NCBI GenBank assembly: GCA_048939995.1
Contig: JBHLOY010000002.1
Coordinates: 352,001 to 416,000, forward strand
Source: Promethearchaeota archaeon
Lineage (GTDB): Archaea; Asgardarchaeota; Lokiarchaeia; Sigyniarchaeales; SOKP01
Reading direction: 5' to 3'
Length of the DNA stretch: 64,000 bases
The position numbers and the translations under genes are program-made. Below the pieces are notes generated by a model that was given only the letters and a program-made list of their open reading frames with translations, made no database searches and was not told the origin of the DNA. Below, piece after piece: positions 1-13,900 of the stretch; within the stretch, counting starts at the first letter, position 1, and every line of letters begins with the position of its first letter.

Positions 1-239
1 CAAGAGTGCCATATCAAGGGCATGGCTCCAATTCGATCTAAATATTTGTCAACAAATTTTAGACCATACTTTGCCATACTTTTTAGCATCTTACCTCCAA
101 ATGGGATAATCTCGGCCTGAATTTCTATGAAAGCCTCGTAGACTTTTAATATATCATCTCTAAACTTATCATTGATAGGTGCTGAGTTTATTTCAACTTT
201 TAATTCGAGTTCATCTTTACAATATGGACATTTTGGCAA
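1..239 (-). CDS. Hypothetical protein with N-terminal CPxC zinc-ribbon knuckle (runs off window start)
   Basis: Manual translation from TTG at 239: MPKCPYCKDELELKVEINSAPINDKFRDD..., open to the window edge. Confidence 0.6.
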   Translation of the reverse strand, partial: MPKCPYCKDELELKVEINSAPINDKFRDDILKVYEAFIEIQAEIIPFGGKMLKSMAKYGLKFVDKYLDRIGAMPLIWHS

Positions 240-323
240 TAGAAATCACATCTTTACGATTTTAAACAATGAATTTCTGCATTATAGTTAAACATATTAT
301 TTAAAGGGTAGAACAATTTCCTA

Positions 324-2240
324 TTAAGGATTGAAAATGTCGTTTATTATGGTTCCAAGGGAGGAAGGATTGTTTACTTCTAACACTTCACCGGTCTGAG
401 TTGCGTTTTTCAAGCGCGTCCATATTTCAGGATTTTCTTTGATAGCTTTTGAGAAAAGATTTAATTTCTTTAAACCCGGGTAGGATTGGCCTTTTATTAC
501 ATAAACTATCAGAAAAGAATCAATCGAGTTGATTAGAATTAGATTTTCACCAATTTTTATACGATCGATGGACTCAGAAAAAAGTTCGGAGCTAAAAGTG
601 TTAAATGCTGACATGAAAGAGCTAAAAATAGACTCAAAATCCCAACCTTGTCTAAAAGAATAATTAAAGTATGAAATTCCGGCTTTACTTACTATCGTAA
701 GTACAATAGGTTCTTCATCAGTTAATTCAACTGGTTCTATAGCATCATTACGAATCATTCTGTCCATCTGTCCTCTTATATTCGCTAGTTTCATTCGATC
801 ACTTAAGGAGGAATTTGATTGTTTTATTCCTTCCCATCTATTCAATTGCTTGAGCAATTCATCATGTTCGGTTGAAATTCTTACCGCTAGACGATTAAGA
901 TGATATTTTTCGGCTATATTCTGGGCTTTAGTTAAAAATTCTTGAGCTTTATTTAACTCAAGGTTCACTAATGCTAATTTTGCCTGGAAAATGTAAACTT
1001 CAGCCAATAATGGGTATGAATGATTTTTTTCACCTATGTCAAGTAATTTAATTATGTTAGGTTTAATTTCATTAACTATTTCAAGATCGCTAGTGTTTTG
1101 CAATTCACTTAAAAGCAAATCACATAGATGTAATAGTGCAATTATTGTAATTTCATAGTCAACCATTTCTCCCTCGATTACTTGTTTCAACATTTCCTCA
1201 GCTTTACCTCGATGGATGGATCTTAGACTGGTCTTTAAGTATATAGCCTTATCAACGTGATAAGCCATACTACTTAATTTTGATCGATCTTGAATTTCCT
1301 CCAATTGTTCTAGGTATTTTTGCGCCATCTCGAGGTCACTCTCTTCAAGAGCTAAATGAAATAAACTATCTATAGAAGTTACTCCAGAGATACCTATTTC
1401 TTTAAAGATTTTTACACTTTTTTCCAAAGATTCTCGAGCCAGATTAGAATTACCTTGTTTCCGATACAGATCTCCAAGATTATTGAGGGATTGTGCAATT
1501 CCGAATTTATATTCAATTTCCTTAGCAATTTCTAAAGCTTTATTATAGTACTCTATAGCATTATTCACCTCACCTCTAAAAGCATAAATTAAACCAAAAT
1601 TGATATAACAGTTTAGAATTTGTGCTTTGTAGTCAATTTCCTTGGCACTTAGGAAGCACTGATTTAAATACTCTAATGACTTATCAAACTCACCCAAATA
1701 ATAGTATATATTTTTCATTACATCGAGTGATTCAACTATACCCAATTTAAGGTTTAGCTTTTTATTCAACGTTAGTGTTAGCTCTGCATATTTGAGAGCC
1801 TTATCAAATTCTCTCATTATAAAATAAATATTTGCTCTAAGGCGGGAAATTTCAGCATCTCTTTTGATATGTTCTTCCGAAGCTTCTAAATTAAAGGATT
1901 TAAGAATTTTTTCGCTTTGTAAGAGTAATTTTAAAGCTTCTTCAAATTTATAAACCGAAATATAAGCCGTTGATTTTATAATATAAATGTCCACTAATTG
2001 AAGAGAGTCTTTTAGTCCTTGACTTGCTTGATAAGCTCTTTCAGCATAATCTAATAGTTTTTCTTTTTCTTTTAATTTGTCAGATAAAGAGCCCATAAGA
2101 ATATAATAAGATATTTGTTCATATTGTGAAATATCTTTTTTTTCCCCGAAGTCTTTTAAAACTTGAAAAGCTTTACCGAAATTTCCATTTTCAATGAAAT
2201 GCTTTGCATTAACCAATTCCGTGGGTTCTAATTCTGACAT
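324..2240 (-). CDS. TPR-repeat protein with C-terminal longin/roadblock-like domain
   Basis: Multiple TPRs (e.g. IAQSLNNLGDLYRKQGNSNLARESLEKS); C-terminal PIVLTIVSKAGISYFNYSF...FSSFMSAFNTFSSELF resembles a longin-type fold. Confidence 0.8.
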   Translation of the reverse strand: MSELEPTELVNAKHFIENGNFGKAFQVLKDFGEKKDISQYEQISYYILMGSLSDKLKEKEKLLDYAERAYQASQGLKDSLQLVDIYIIKSTAYISVYKFEEALKLLLQSEKILKSFNLEASEEHIKRDAEISRLRANIYFIMREFDKALKYAELTLTLNKKLNLKLGIVESLDVMKNIYYYLGEFDKSLEYLNQCFLSAKEIDYKAQILNCYINFGLIYAFRGEVNNAIEYYNKALEIAKEIEYKFGIAQSLNNLGDLYRKQGNSNLARESLEKSVKIFKEIGISGVTSIDSLFHLALEESDLEMAQKYLEQLEEIQDRSKLSSMAYHVDKAIYLKTSLRSIHRGKAEEMLKQVIEGEMVDYEITIIALLHLCDLLLSELQNTSDLEIVNEIKPNIIKLLDIGEKNHSYPLLAEVYIFQAKLALVNLELNKAQEFLTKAQNIAEKYHLNRLAVRISTEHDELLKQLNRWEGIKQSNSSLSDRMKLANIRGQMDRMIRNDAIEPVELTDEEPIVLTIVSKAGISYFNYSFRQGWDFESIFSSFMSAFNTFSSELFSESIDRIKIGENLILINSIDSFLIVYVIKGQSYPGLKKLNLFSKAIKENPEIWTRLKNATQTGEVLEVNNPSSLGTIINDIFNP

Positions 2241-2378
2241 ATTTATATAGATATTAAAAATTTGGTTTTATACTATCATAAAATTATAAGCAATATAATT
2301 ATATCGATTCAAGTAATTCAAATTTTACATGAAGGATTTATGTTGAGCTTTAAATTTAACATTTTTTTTATGTTTTAT

Positions 2379-4115
2379 CTATATTTTGGGTTCATTAATT
2401 CCAAATGGTACCATATCATCTAGTAATGATAGAATCTTTTCTCGTTCAGGCTCTTTAAGTTCAGCATTAATGAGATCAAGAACGATTTGAAGAGTAACAG
2501 TCTCTTTCAAGTAGGAAATTCTTAGATCTTCATTATTCGCATCAAGGACTAAAATCTTATTTTTTCCTTCAGTCATATCCCAAGGAGGCCAATGAGGTAG
2601 GTTATCTCCGTTTGGATTTCCTGATCTCGCGAAATTGGCTAGATAATTCATACATAAATCTGTCAGCTTTTCCCTACTACGTCGATTACTTTTAGTAAAG
2701 GTGTTTCCAATCATCATTGATAACCGCCCCATCCCCATCCCTAAGAAGAAAGGAATCTCTGCTGCGTGGTGAGCACCCAAGTCTCGACCCTTTTGTTTGG
2801 GAAGAACGCTAACACCTTCATTATCTGGACTTCCCCAATCAAACCGGTACGCATAAACAGGTACATTTGAATTTGAAGTCATTGGACACACTAAGGAATC
2901 GAGGCCACTCACACGCCAAAGTAGGGAACGATAACCCCAGATCAAGTCATATTCTCTTGTACGATGTGGAGGATCCTTTCTAAAGTAGCCAAAGAGTTTT
3001 AATTCATCTTTATTACAACCAATAATTAATGGAACCATATTCGCCCACTCTCCAGTTGAAAACACCGCATACCCTTCCTTCGGTATTACAATACCATCGG
3101 TAAAAATAGTTCGCCATTCTGCCATTCCAAAATCCATAGTAGAGATACTTTTTGTAATTTCAAACCCAGATTTTGAGCGAAGATATTCATTAATCTCTTG
3201 TTCCGACATTTTTCCGATAAGCTGCTCTGCTTCTTCTTGATTCTCAACTTTACGATCTTTGATTAGAAGATTCATAAGAAGTTTAATACTTTGGGCTTTT
3301 GCAGTGTCAATACTCCAAATAAAAGATAATCCACTTTCAGCGATTGCACGATGGAAAAGGCCTTTTGCATTTGGAGAAATAAGGAGTGAAAGAACATTAA
3401 AGGCACCACCAGATTCTCCTGCGATAGTAATATTATCAGGATCGCCTCCAAATGCTTTAATATTGTCTCTTACCCATTCCAAGGCTTTTATTAGATCAAG
3501 AGTTCCAAAATTGCCACTTTTGTCTTCAAGAGAGCCACTATCTGTTATTGCAGGATGTGTAAACCAACCCATTACTCCAAGACGGTAATTAACTGATATA
3601 TATAATAAGTTAGAGTTCTCAGCTACTGCATTACCATAATATGCGACATCCGCAGAGCTACCAATTGAGTTTCCTCCCCCATGGATATAGAAATAAACTG
3701 GTAATTTATTCTCCAGAGTTTTCGGACGCCAAACGTTGAGATAAAGACAATCCTCCGAACCAATCGGGCCCAGAATGGTCATTACTTGTGCAGCAGAGTT
3801 CCCAAACTTTCTTACTTTGCGTATTCCAACCCATGGAATAGGATCAAGAGGTGCTTTCCATCGGAGTAGTCCTTCTGGTGGAGTTGCATATGGGATTCCC
3901 TTCCAACACCAAGATTCTCTATCTGAGAAACCTGATATCAAACCATACTTAGTTTGGACAAGAGGATCATTATTCCATGAACCAATTTTAAAGGTAGAGT
4001 TAGATGGCTTTAATCTTTTAAAATGCTTAATATAAGGAGATAGAGCCCTTGTAACTAAATTACCAAATCTAATAAAGGGAATGAACAAGTAAACCAACTT
4101 CATTAATAAACGCAT
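2379..4115 (-). CDS. Type-B carboxylesterase (p-nitrobenzyl esterase family)
   Basis: GIPYA, SEDCLYLNVW, HGGG oxyanion hole, GESGG nucleophile elbow, GAHHAAEI catalytic His. Confidence 0.93.
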   Translation of the reverse strand: MRLLMKLVYLFIPFIRFGNLVTRALSPYIKHFKRLKPSNSTFKIGSWNNDPLVQTKYGLISGFSDRESWCWKGIPYATPPEGLLRWKAPLDPIPWVGIRKVRKFGNSAAQVMTILGPIGSEDCLYLNVWRPKTLENKLPVYFYIHGGGNSIGSSADVAYYGNAVAENSNLLYISVNYRLGVMGWFTHPAITDSGSLEDKSGNFGTLDLIKALEWVRDNIKAFGGDPDNITIAGESGGAFNVLSLLISPNAKGLFHRAIAESGLSFIWSIDTAKAQSIKLLMNLLIKDRKVENQEEAEQLIGKMSEQEINEYLRSKSGFEITKSISTMDFGMAEWRTIFTDGIVIPKEGYAVFSTGEWANMVPLIIGCNKDELKLFGYFRKDPPHRTREYDLIWGYRSLLWRVSGLDSLVCPMTSNSNVPVYAYRFDWGSPDNEGVSVLPKQKGRDLGAHHAAEIPFFLGMGMGRLSMMIGNTFTKSNRRSREKLTDLCMNYLANFARSGNPNGDNLPHWPPWDMTEGKNKILVLDANNEDLRISYLKETVTLQIVLDLINAELKEPEREKILSLLDDMVPFGINEPKI

Positions 4116-4366
4116 AACTTCACACCAGTAAAACTCTTAATTAATATACCGACTTTAAAATCTTGTGCTCTTTGATACTTCGGAGAATTACTTGCTAATG
4201 ATACATAGCCACTAATCATTGCAATGATAGCAAAGGGAGTCACATAAAAAATATAAAGAGTGTTGTGAAAGATAAGAATAACTATTCCCACGATTATATC
4301 AATAATAATTGCAAGAATAGCAGATATCGGTGTATTTGAAAAATCAATAAGTCCAAGGAAAGACAT
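4103..4366 (-). CDS. Small membrane protein or gene fragment
   Basis: Two hydrophobic segments; overlaps esterase start. Confidence 0.4.
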   Translation of the reverse strand: MSFLGLIDFSNTPISAILAIIIDIIVGIVILIFHNTLYIFYVTPFAIIAMISGYVSLASNSPKYQRAQDFKVGILIKSFTGVKLCVY

Positions 4367-4490
4367 AGAATATCTTTTTTAGTATCTTAATTATTATTAA
4401 TAATTTTTGTATACATATTTTATAAATCTTATAAAAAATTTTATGAAAAATATTTATAATCAATGTAAACATAAAAAATATCGAATGTGA

Positions 4491-4796
4491 TTGATGAATA
4501 TCCCTGAAAAATATCTTGATGAAACTATACGCGCTATAGGAACTATTACCAAATCGAAATATAACTCACTTATATCGGTAAAAAAGATTAGAAAATTATA
4601 TAAGATTGACCCACTAGATCACTCTAAAATCAACTTCTATTGGAGATCCTTACACTATCTGGAAAAACATAAAATTTTAAAGAGATATGAATCTAAATCA
4701 CCAAGAAAATATCAAGTTCTTAATTTTTTCAAGTTTTTTGAGCTACTTTATAAGGTTTATATTAATCAGATAAAAATAGCTAATAGTAGTAATTAG
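4491..4796 (+). CDS. Small basic protein, possibly winged-helix DNA-binding
   Basis: 101 aa, Lys-rich, helix-turn-helix then short beta wing (WRSLHYLEKHKILKRYESKSPRKYQV); AT-rich TATA-like upstream region. Confidence 0.55.
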   Translation: MMNIPEKYLDETIRAIGTITKSKYNSLISVKKIRKLYKIDPLDHSKINFYWRSLHYLEKHKILKRYESKSPRKYQVLNFFKFFELLYKVYINQIKIANSSN

Positions 4797-4930
4797 TTAA
4801 AAAAAGGAAACCTTTAAAGAAAAAATACCTTTTATAGTTAAAAATCTCTTTATCAAAAATGGGTTAATAAAACTCTTTGAAATGTTCCTAAAATCTTAGA
4901 CAAAATTTTCTAGGAATTTAAATATTATAA

Positions 4931-7900
4931 ATGCTTTGTGTTTTATCAGATAATTTTAAAAGATTTATTCTACGAATAGGGTTAAAATTGAAGTTAAAAG
5001 TATCAAAAGCAGGTTTTATTCTTTTCTTGCTTTCAATTCAAATAATATCAGCTACAGTTTTTCTCGGTAATAATACTAATTTAAATGAAGTAGAAAAGAT
5101 TAATAAAGATTTTAAAAAAAAAAGTATCCGCGCATCATCAACTTATCCGAATGACGCTCTCCACTTTAAATATTACAAAAATATATCTATAAATCATGAT
5201 AAAGTCATGGGAATTGGTAATCATTCGAATTTTCCCGTTCTAATTTCAATTCTAGACAACGATTTACATTCTTACACTCAACCTGATGGAGATGACATAG
5301 CATTTTCTATGGGAAGTATCTGGTTAGACCATGAAATAGAAATGTATAATCGAGATTACAGTGCAACACAAGCCAAATTAATTGCTTGGGTTCGAGTCCC
5401 AGGCCTCTCAACATCTAATGATACAATAATTAGGATGTATTTTTGCAATTTAACCATGACATCGCGAGAAAATCCTGCAGGAGTTTGGAATAATAATTAT
5501 CTGGGAGTATGGCATCTTTCGGAATCAAATGGAAACGCAAAAGATTCTACTTCCTATATGGAAGATGGAACTGTATCAGGAGGCGTCACGCAAGGGACAT
5601 CCGGGCAAATAGCTAATTCTTATTATTTTGATCGCGATAGTATGGGTACCGTAAATATGGGAGATCCTTCAGATGGGCACCTTGATTTTAGAGATGGAGA
5701 TGACTTTTCTATTAGTTTTTGGATTAATTTAGATTATTTTTATTATTACAATCCATTTATTGTCAGTAAAAGAGCTGGTATTGGATCATCAAGTCAGGGA
5801 TATTCTGTTCAAATGTATGATGACTCACATGGAATACCTTTTTATGGTATATCTTCTAATGGCCCAGAATATGAAGTAGATGGAACTAATGATTGTTTGT
5901 ATCAAGGATGGAAATATATTACCGCAACATGGGATGAAGATAATAGCTCAGGTTGTAAAATTTATTTGGATGGTTTAGAGGAGACATCAAACAGAATTGG
6001 AACAATAGGAAATATAGATGATATATCAAATGCAGAAAATTTCAAGTTAAATGGCCCAAGTAGTCCAAATACGGAATATATGTTTGATGGTAAATTGGAT
6101 GAAGTCCGCGTATCAGATATTGTTCGTTCATCGGATTGGATTGCTACTGAATATAACAATCAATATGATCCAGCAAGCTTTTATTCTATTGGTCTAGTTA
6201 AAGAAGTAATTCCTCTGAAATCAGAATATTTCAACTTTTACAAAGTAATGACCATTGATCATACTAAAGTCGCTGGAACGAATGATCTTGTCGATTATCC
6301 GTTATTTCTCTCACTCATAGATCCAGATCTAAAAGATCAAGTTCAATCTGATGGAGATGATATAGTTTTTGCAATGGATGGAAGTTGGCTCGATCACGAG
6401 ATAGAATTATTTGATCAGAATTATGATCCAAATTATGGGAAACTAATTGCCTGGATACGCATTCCGATACTATACCATAGTATAGACACTGAGATATATA
6501 TGTATTATGGGAATTCTACTATGAGATCACACCAAAATCCATTAGGAGTATGGAATAATAATTATAAGGGAGTTTGGCATTTATCTGAGTTAAGTGGTAA
6601 TTCAATGGATTCCACAGGATATGGAACTGAAGGAGTTCCTACAGTTGGAGTTACTCAGGGAGAAAGTAGTCTATCTGGTTATGGATATGATTTTGATGGG
6701 ATTGATAGTAATGTTGATTTTGGAGATCCTATTGATGATCATCTCGATTTTGGTATCAATAGTTTTACTATTAGTATGTGGCTAAGGATTGATAGCAGTA
6801 CGGCCACCTGGCAAGTCCCTCTCACTAAAGGACACCCAAGTGGTGCTAGTAATGATGGATACAGATTTGAAACCTCATCAGATGGACAAAGAATATATTT
6901 TCAAATAGGTGATGGAAATATTTTTGAATCCAGTTATTCTCAGAATATTATATTTGGAGCATGGATGCATATTGTTGGTCGTGTTGATAGAACTAGTAAT
7001 AGGATATATCTGTTTAAAGATGGTGGTCATAGTGGATATAAAGACATTAGTAGTATTGGAAATATAATTACATCAAGTCCTCTCACATTTTCACGTATGA
7101 ATAATGCACTTGATGGAGTTCTTGATGAAGTCCGTATATCTGATACTTCTCGTTCAGATGGTTGGATTGCTACCGAATACAATAACCAATATAATCCTGA
7201 TACGTTTTATTCCATTAGTGATCGTAATCATGTGAGACGCCCAAAACCAGAATATTTCAACTTTTATAAAGCATTAACAATTGATCATAATAAAGTTTCA
7301 GGAATAACTAACCTTATCGATTTTCCACTATTGATCTCACTTGAAGATCCAGATCTAAAAGATCAAGTACAATCTGATGGAGATGATATTGCCTTTTGGA
7401 ATGGTTCAGCATGGTTAGACCATGAAATAGAATTTTTTGATCAAAATTATAATCCAAGTTTTGGGAAGTTAGTTGTATGGGTACGAATTCCTATACTTTA
7501 TTATTATAAAGACACCACTATATACATGTGCTACGGAAACCTTACATTATGTTCTCAAGAATCTTCTAAAGGTGTGTGGGATAGAGACTATGATTTTGTA
7601 CTTCACATGAATCAGGATCCTTCTTCTTCAGATATTTTAGACAGTACTTTAAACGGATTTGATTTCAATGTCGAAACTGGAGGAGTAATGACATCAGGTG
7701 ACCTTGTTGATGGAAAAGCTGGAAAAGCAATTGCTTTTGACGGAAATGATGATTATATTTATTTACCTGAGTCTGAAGGTTTTTCGGGATCAATTGACAA
7801 AATGACATTCGAATTTTGGCTAATGCTTCCAAATGGAGTTCCTAGTGTGCGGGATACTTTAGCAAGACCAGCAACCACAGATAGATCTCCTAATCTATAT

Positions 7901-10900
7901 TTCCTTCAAGAGTTTAGTTTCCAATTAGATACCATTACTAGTTCTACTGTAATAAAAACAACTGAAAGCTTTCAAACAGCTATCGGTAGATGGATTCATT
8001 TTGCTTGCGTATGGGATGGAACTGGAGGCGGGCTCCATCAAATCTATGTTAATGGATCGCTAAATAGTGAAGATTCCACACCATTAACAGGAACACATGT
8101 TAACTGGAATACAATATCTGTAGGAACTGATGATGATCCTAGTGATGGTCCCGGTGGGATTGCTGATGGTGCTCGTTTTCTTGAAGTAACACTAAGTGAA
8201 TTTCGTGTATCAAAAGTTGTAAGATCAGCTGATTGGATAGCTACTGAATATAACAATCAATATGATCCAGACAATTTCTATTCTATTAGTACTCGAATCC
8301 ATGTAAAGCGTCCAAAACCAGAAGATTTCCAATCTCTAAAGATGATCTTCATTGACCATAATAAAGTTTCTGGATCAAGTGATCTTATTAATTTTCCATT
8401 TTTAATTTCGATTTATGACGAAGATTTGCATGATGATGTCCAACCAGATGGCGATGACATTGCATTTTGGAATGGTACAGAATGGCTAGATCATGAAATT
8501 GAACTATTTGATCAAACATTTAATAATACACATGCTCAACTGGTTACTTGGATTCGTATTCCGAAATTATATCACGATGTAGATACGATAATTTACATGT
8601 ATTATGGGAACTCTACTCTATGTTCTCAAGAGAATTCAGGCGGAGTTTGGAATTCAAATTATGCTGGAGTATGGCACCTTTTAGAATCCAATGGGTATGC
8701 TGTTGATTCAACTATTTATGGAGAACATGGATTTATCTCAGGAGCAGTAGAACAAGGTTCTATTGGTAAAATAAATAGTGCATATAATTTTGATGTAAAT
8801 GGGTCGGTTAATGTAGGAGATCCTTCTGATGGTCATCTTGATTTTAATGAAGTTACTGATTTTACTGTTAGTTTTTGGTTAAATATAGATGCAACAACGA
8901 CCGTAAAACAACGTCCCTTATATAAAGGAGGATCATCTCTTTCTGATGGAGGATATAGCTTTGAAACATCTACTTCCGGAGACTTAATTAAATTTTACAT
9001 ATGTGATGAAACTAACAGAGTAGGTTCTTATAGTGCCCCAATTACTTATGATCAATGGACTTACATAACTGGAGTAGTTGATCGTACAAATGGTTATATT
9101 TACATTTATAAAGATCATTCTGTAATAACTGGAGCAGTATCTATTAGTAGTGTTGGTGGTTCCTTGAGTAACGATGTTGAGCTTCAGTTCCCATTGGCTG
9201 CTTCCGATTTAGATGGATTAATTGATGAAATAAGGATATCAAATGTGAAACGATCAGCGGACTGGATAGCTACTGAGTATTATTCCCAACATGATCCAAA
9301 TTCCTTCTTCTCTGTCGGTCCGGAGATAGAAGTGGGGGAGGTTAGCGTGGAAGTGCATGTAATTGATTTATATGGAAATTTTATCCCTAATCTAAATGTA
9401 ACCATGGGATATAATAGCATTATATATGAGACTATAGCAAATAATGCCGGTATAGCGACATTTGAAAATGTTTCCAAACTAGCTTATAACTTTACAGTGG
9501 AGATGACTTCTGATATAGGTGCTCATACTGTAATAGTGAATAAAACAACTGATCCAATATTAGTTGATGACCCAATTGAAGTTGTATATCTGATCTGTAA
9601 TGTAAGTACTAATTTCATTGAAGTCAGAGATATAGATGGGATCTCTCTGAATTCTGGCTGGGTAATTGTCGGGAATAGTTCCCACAATCTTCAAAATTGT
9701 ACAATTGAAGAAACGGGATATTCGAGATTTTGGTGGTTAAACAGCACACCATATAATTATAATTTTACAGTCTATTATAGGGATGCGAACTATAATCCAA
9801 GCACCGTGAATGTGGGCTCAGGCTATATTACAACGGTAAATTCAACAATTTTCGCAGCAACAAGATTAACTACTGTTAACTTTTCTGTAAATACCGAAGA
9901 ATTTGAACCAATAGGTGGAGCAAAATTAATATTAAACTATACACATACCCTAGAAAACGTAATAAATTTAACTACGGATGTTGATGGAAAGACAACTTTC
10001 AGGTGGTTAAATACCACCTCTTTTTATGACTATTCATTAAAAATTATTTTCTTAGGAAAACGCTGGAATTTTGATATATCTAGCGTCACTCCTGGTTATG
10101 TTTCAGAGTTCGATCTTTCCATAAGCTCAAGAATTACCTACAATATCGTTATTAAAATTACTCAAACTGAAATTGAAGAGTATGAAACAGCAATAGTTTC
10201 CTTAAATCCTGTAACAACTATATCTATTGAATGGGGTTCGATATTAGCCTTAAGAGCGTTATTTAACGTAACTAAGGTTCCCGGGAGCTCATCAATCCCA
10301 TTAGGTCCCACTTCGGCAGATTCAATATTTTATAAAATATATCTCTTCGGGGATACAAATACCCTTAAAACGGGTTTGATGGCTATAGATACAGAATATA
10401 AGGGTTCATATCGATGTGATATTGATATAAAGGGATTAGAATGTGAATTATATTCTATAAAAATATCTGCTTATAAATCGGGTTATGTAATACCGCAAGA
10501 TCTATTGATTACTTTAAATGTCTTAAAGAATGAATTATTCTTAAATCAATCAGAAAATAATGATTCTCCTCAAAATATATATTGGTTAGATCATGTAAAC
10601 ATGACAGTTGCGCCTTATGGAGAAAATTCTGAAAGTTTTACCTTGGAAGATTCGCTTTTACAAAGTAACAATCAAGCATTTGATGTTATCATTTATGATA
10701 TTACTAATTATTGGAATCTATCATCTTTAACTTTAAATATTCAAGAGATTTCATGGACTACCTCCGAACCTAATATATATATCGAGATTGTCGATCCTTA
10801 TTTTAATACATGGAAATATGATCCAAGCAACTTTTCATATTACGATTATGATAAAGGTGTATGTTATATAACTCTTAATCTGAATAAAGGGAGTCCGACT

Positions 10901-13900
10901 TTTGATAATATCTTTAGATTCAACGTAACAGGATCCTTCAATGGCTCTATAGATATTGCTGCTGAAAGCTGCTTTATCAGGGACAATTTGGAAGTTCAGT
11001 ATTCACAATTCAATATAAAGGATGAAATAATTATTATTAACGAAGCTGAAGGATGGGCAATTAAAAACATTACTTTTAATATTTCAAATTTCTATAATGT
11101 TAGCTCGGGACAATTAATAGATCCAGCTACAGCCATAGATTGTATAACAACCAGAGAAGGATTCAAATATGCATTAGAATCTAGTGAACTTGGAAAAGGA
11201 ACATTATCCATTAACAATATAACTATTTATCCACTTGATAATCAATTCTCATTTGGAGTTCAGAGCAATATTGATATCATATTTGATGTGGTTATTAATG
11301 TGAAATATATTCAATATTTTTATCAAAATGAATATTTAGAATCGTTTAATTCTTCAATATTTGTACAAAATTTTGATAATTCATTAGAATATCTTCAAGT
11401 TAGTGCTATTGAAAGTGATTGGACTGAAAATTTAGCAGAATTTATAATTACAGATATATATGATGGAATAAAATATGTGACCCCTTCTGAAGTTGCGATG
11501 AACATCACGATAGGTGGGCAATCTTACTCTATTATGCAAAATGTGGAAGGTGAAGGCATCATATCAATAGGAAGTCTTGAAAAGGGAATAATTCATTCAA
11601 TCATTATTCAGGCGAATAAACAAGTTAATTTTTCATTCATTTATAAAATAATTTATACAAGAACTAATATTTATGAAATAGGATGTACTGTAAATTTCAT
11701 CATAAGAGAAGCACCTGATATTTTTGGGCCAGTTGAATATTATGATGACTTAAATTGTTATATTAAAGAAATAGATACCTCATTAATCGATGCGGATAAT
11801 TATACAGTAAGATTTACAGCTACTAAAGATTATTTTTTTGAATGCTTAAAAGATTTGAAGTTAAATGTTATTAGTCGACGCACTCTAATAAATGGAACTT
11901 TAGATTATTTTAGAGAGATAGAAAGTATTTATGTCGGAGATGTTGTTAATCTTGAATTTGAGTTTACTGATGCAATAACTGGAGAAAAAATCATCAATCT
12001 GACAACGCATTATTTTGTATGGGAACAATACTCTGCTGATGGAAGTGTAATTTCTTCGGGAAATGGTATTCTTAATACTACTATAGATAATTTTTATGCT
12101 TTAGATTTCGATTCAGAAACTCGTCCAATCGGGAATTATATGCTTATCGCCACTTTAGATAAGGAAAATTATGATTATAAGAATGTTATGATTTTCCTTA
12201 CAATAGAAACAAGATTTCTTCAATATTCTCTCTCAAGTAACATTAAAAATTATAAAATATCTATTGTTCAAGGGAATACAGTTCAAATTAGTTTAAACTT
12301 AACAGATCCTACTCGAGGAGGTATTCCTTTATTAAATGCCACGATTAATCTATCGATAAATGATATTGATTATAATTTTGAGGAAGTTAGTAATGGGACT
12401 TATATTCTTAATTTTCGTACTGATAATGTAGATTCTTTCTTCTCTCCTCAAATTTTTACAGGAATTATCAATATTACCAAAAAAGATTATTTCTCAGAAA
12501 CGTTTAGTGTTACTATTGTTGTTGAGATGATTGAAATTTTCCCTGGGATGCCAATGTTTTACTTTTTATTAATTATCTTCAGCATTCTTGCGGTCGTCGG
12601 AAGCCTTGTTGGTTATAGGGTGTATAAACATGCAAAAATCCCCACCTTCGTTAAAAAAGTAAGAGAGATGCAAAAAGAAATTAAAAGAGAAAAATCAATC
12701 TCAGAAGCTCTACTGTATCAACCAAAAGAGGAATTCATTGGAGAGTTAGTAAGAGATAAATGGAGCGCCATCGGTTTATCATTAGGAGATATCTTAGGTA
12801 TTGAAATTACAAAGAGTAAGAAATTACCTCGAAAATTGTCATCTAGAGCTGGTGAAGTTCATGATCTCAAACCATTAGGATTAATTTTGACGAAATGGGA
12901 TGAAAGAGTAGGAATGGAACTCTTAGCAAAATATCCGCAAGATATTCACGTTTCTGATAAAACTTTTATGCAGATTTATGGAACACATGAATATAGTGGT
13001 GAAAAAGGAATAATCACATTGATATCTGGGGGTCAAAATGTTTTATCGTATTATACAGGACCAGAAACGGCTTATTATATTACGTTAATTTTAGATACAA
13101 ATGATGATTCTGATATATATGAAGCTGCAATGCCAAATATTGCACGTATTATTTTGGAAAACCTTGAAGATCAGATCTATCTTCAAATGATTCCTTCATT
13201 TTTCCAACGTTTATCGGTTTATCCTTCTCTTACTGATGAACAGAATCTGATCTTTCATTATCAGGATGATATCAAACGAATGATTATAAATTTCTTAAGA
13301 GATTATGGGGTAATTTCTAAATCAGAATTGATGATTTGGATGAAAGATCGTAAATTAGAAGGCATTACGGATTTAGAAGCGATTTTAGCAGAACTTATTA
13401 AAAGTGAGTTGATCAAGGTAGCTTCGGTAAAAGGAATTCCTTCTGAACTGATTTTTTTCACTAAAGATATTTTCATGCTCCGGGTGCCACCTGATAAATT
13501 ATTTGAAAATCCTGTGAATTATGGCCTACCAAAACAATTTGCGAAGTCATATCAAACTGAAGTTAATAAATTTTTTAATGAATATCATCCAACCGAAGAG
13601 GACGAGCTTAAACTTCTTGATAACTTAATTGATCCAGAAGTGTATGAGGCCATACGTCTGTTAAGAACAGCAATAATTACGATGAAAGATTTTGAAAAAT
13701 TAAAAAAGAAAGGAATTAATGATATTTATGCTGTCTTAAAAAAGCTCTGGGACACAAATATGATCAAAGTCTTCAATGATAAAGATGGAACAGAATATTA
13801 TGCTCTCCTCACTGACTTTTATATTGGACAGATTTTTCCAAAATATATTTTAAATATTATCAAGTTATCCTATGAACAAAAATCTAAAACAAATAAAGTT

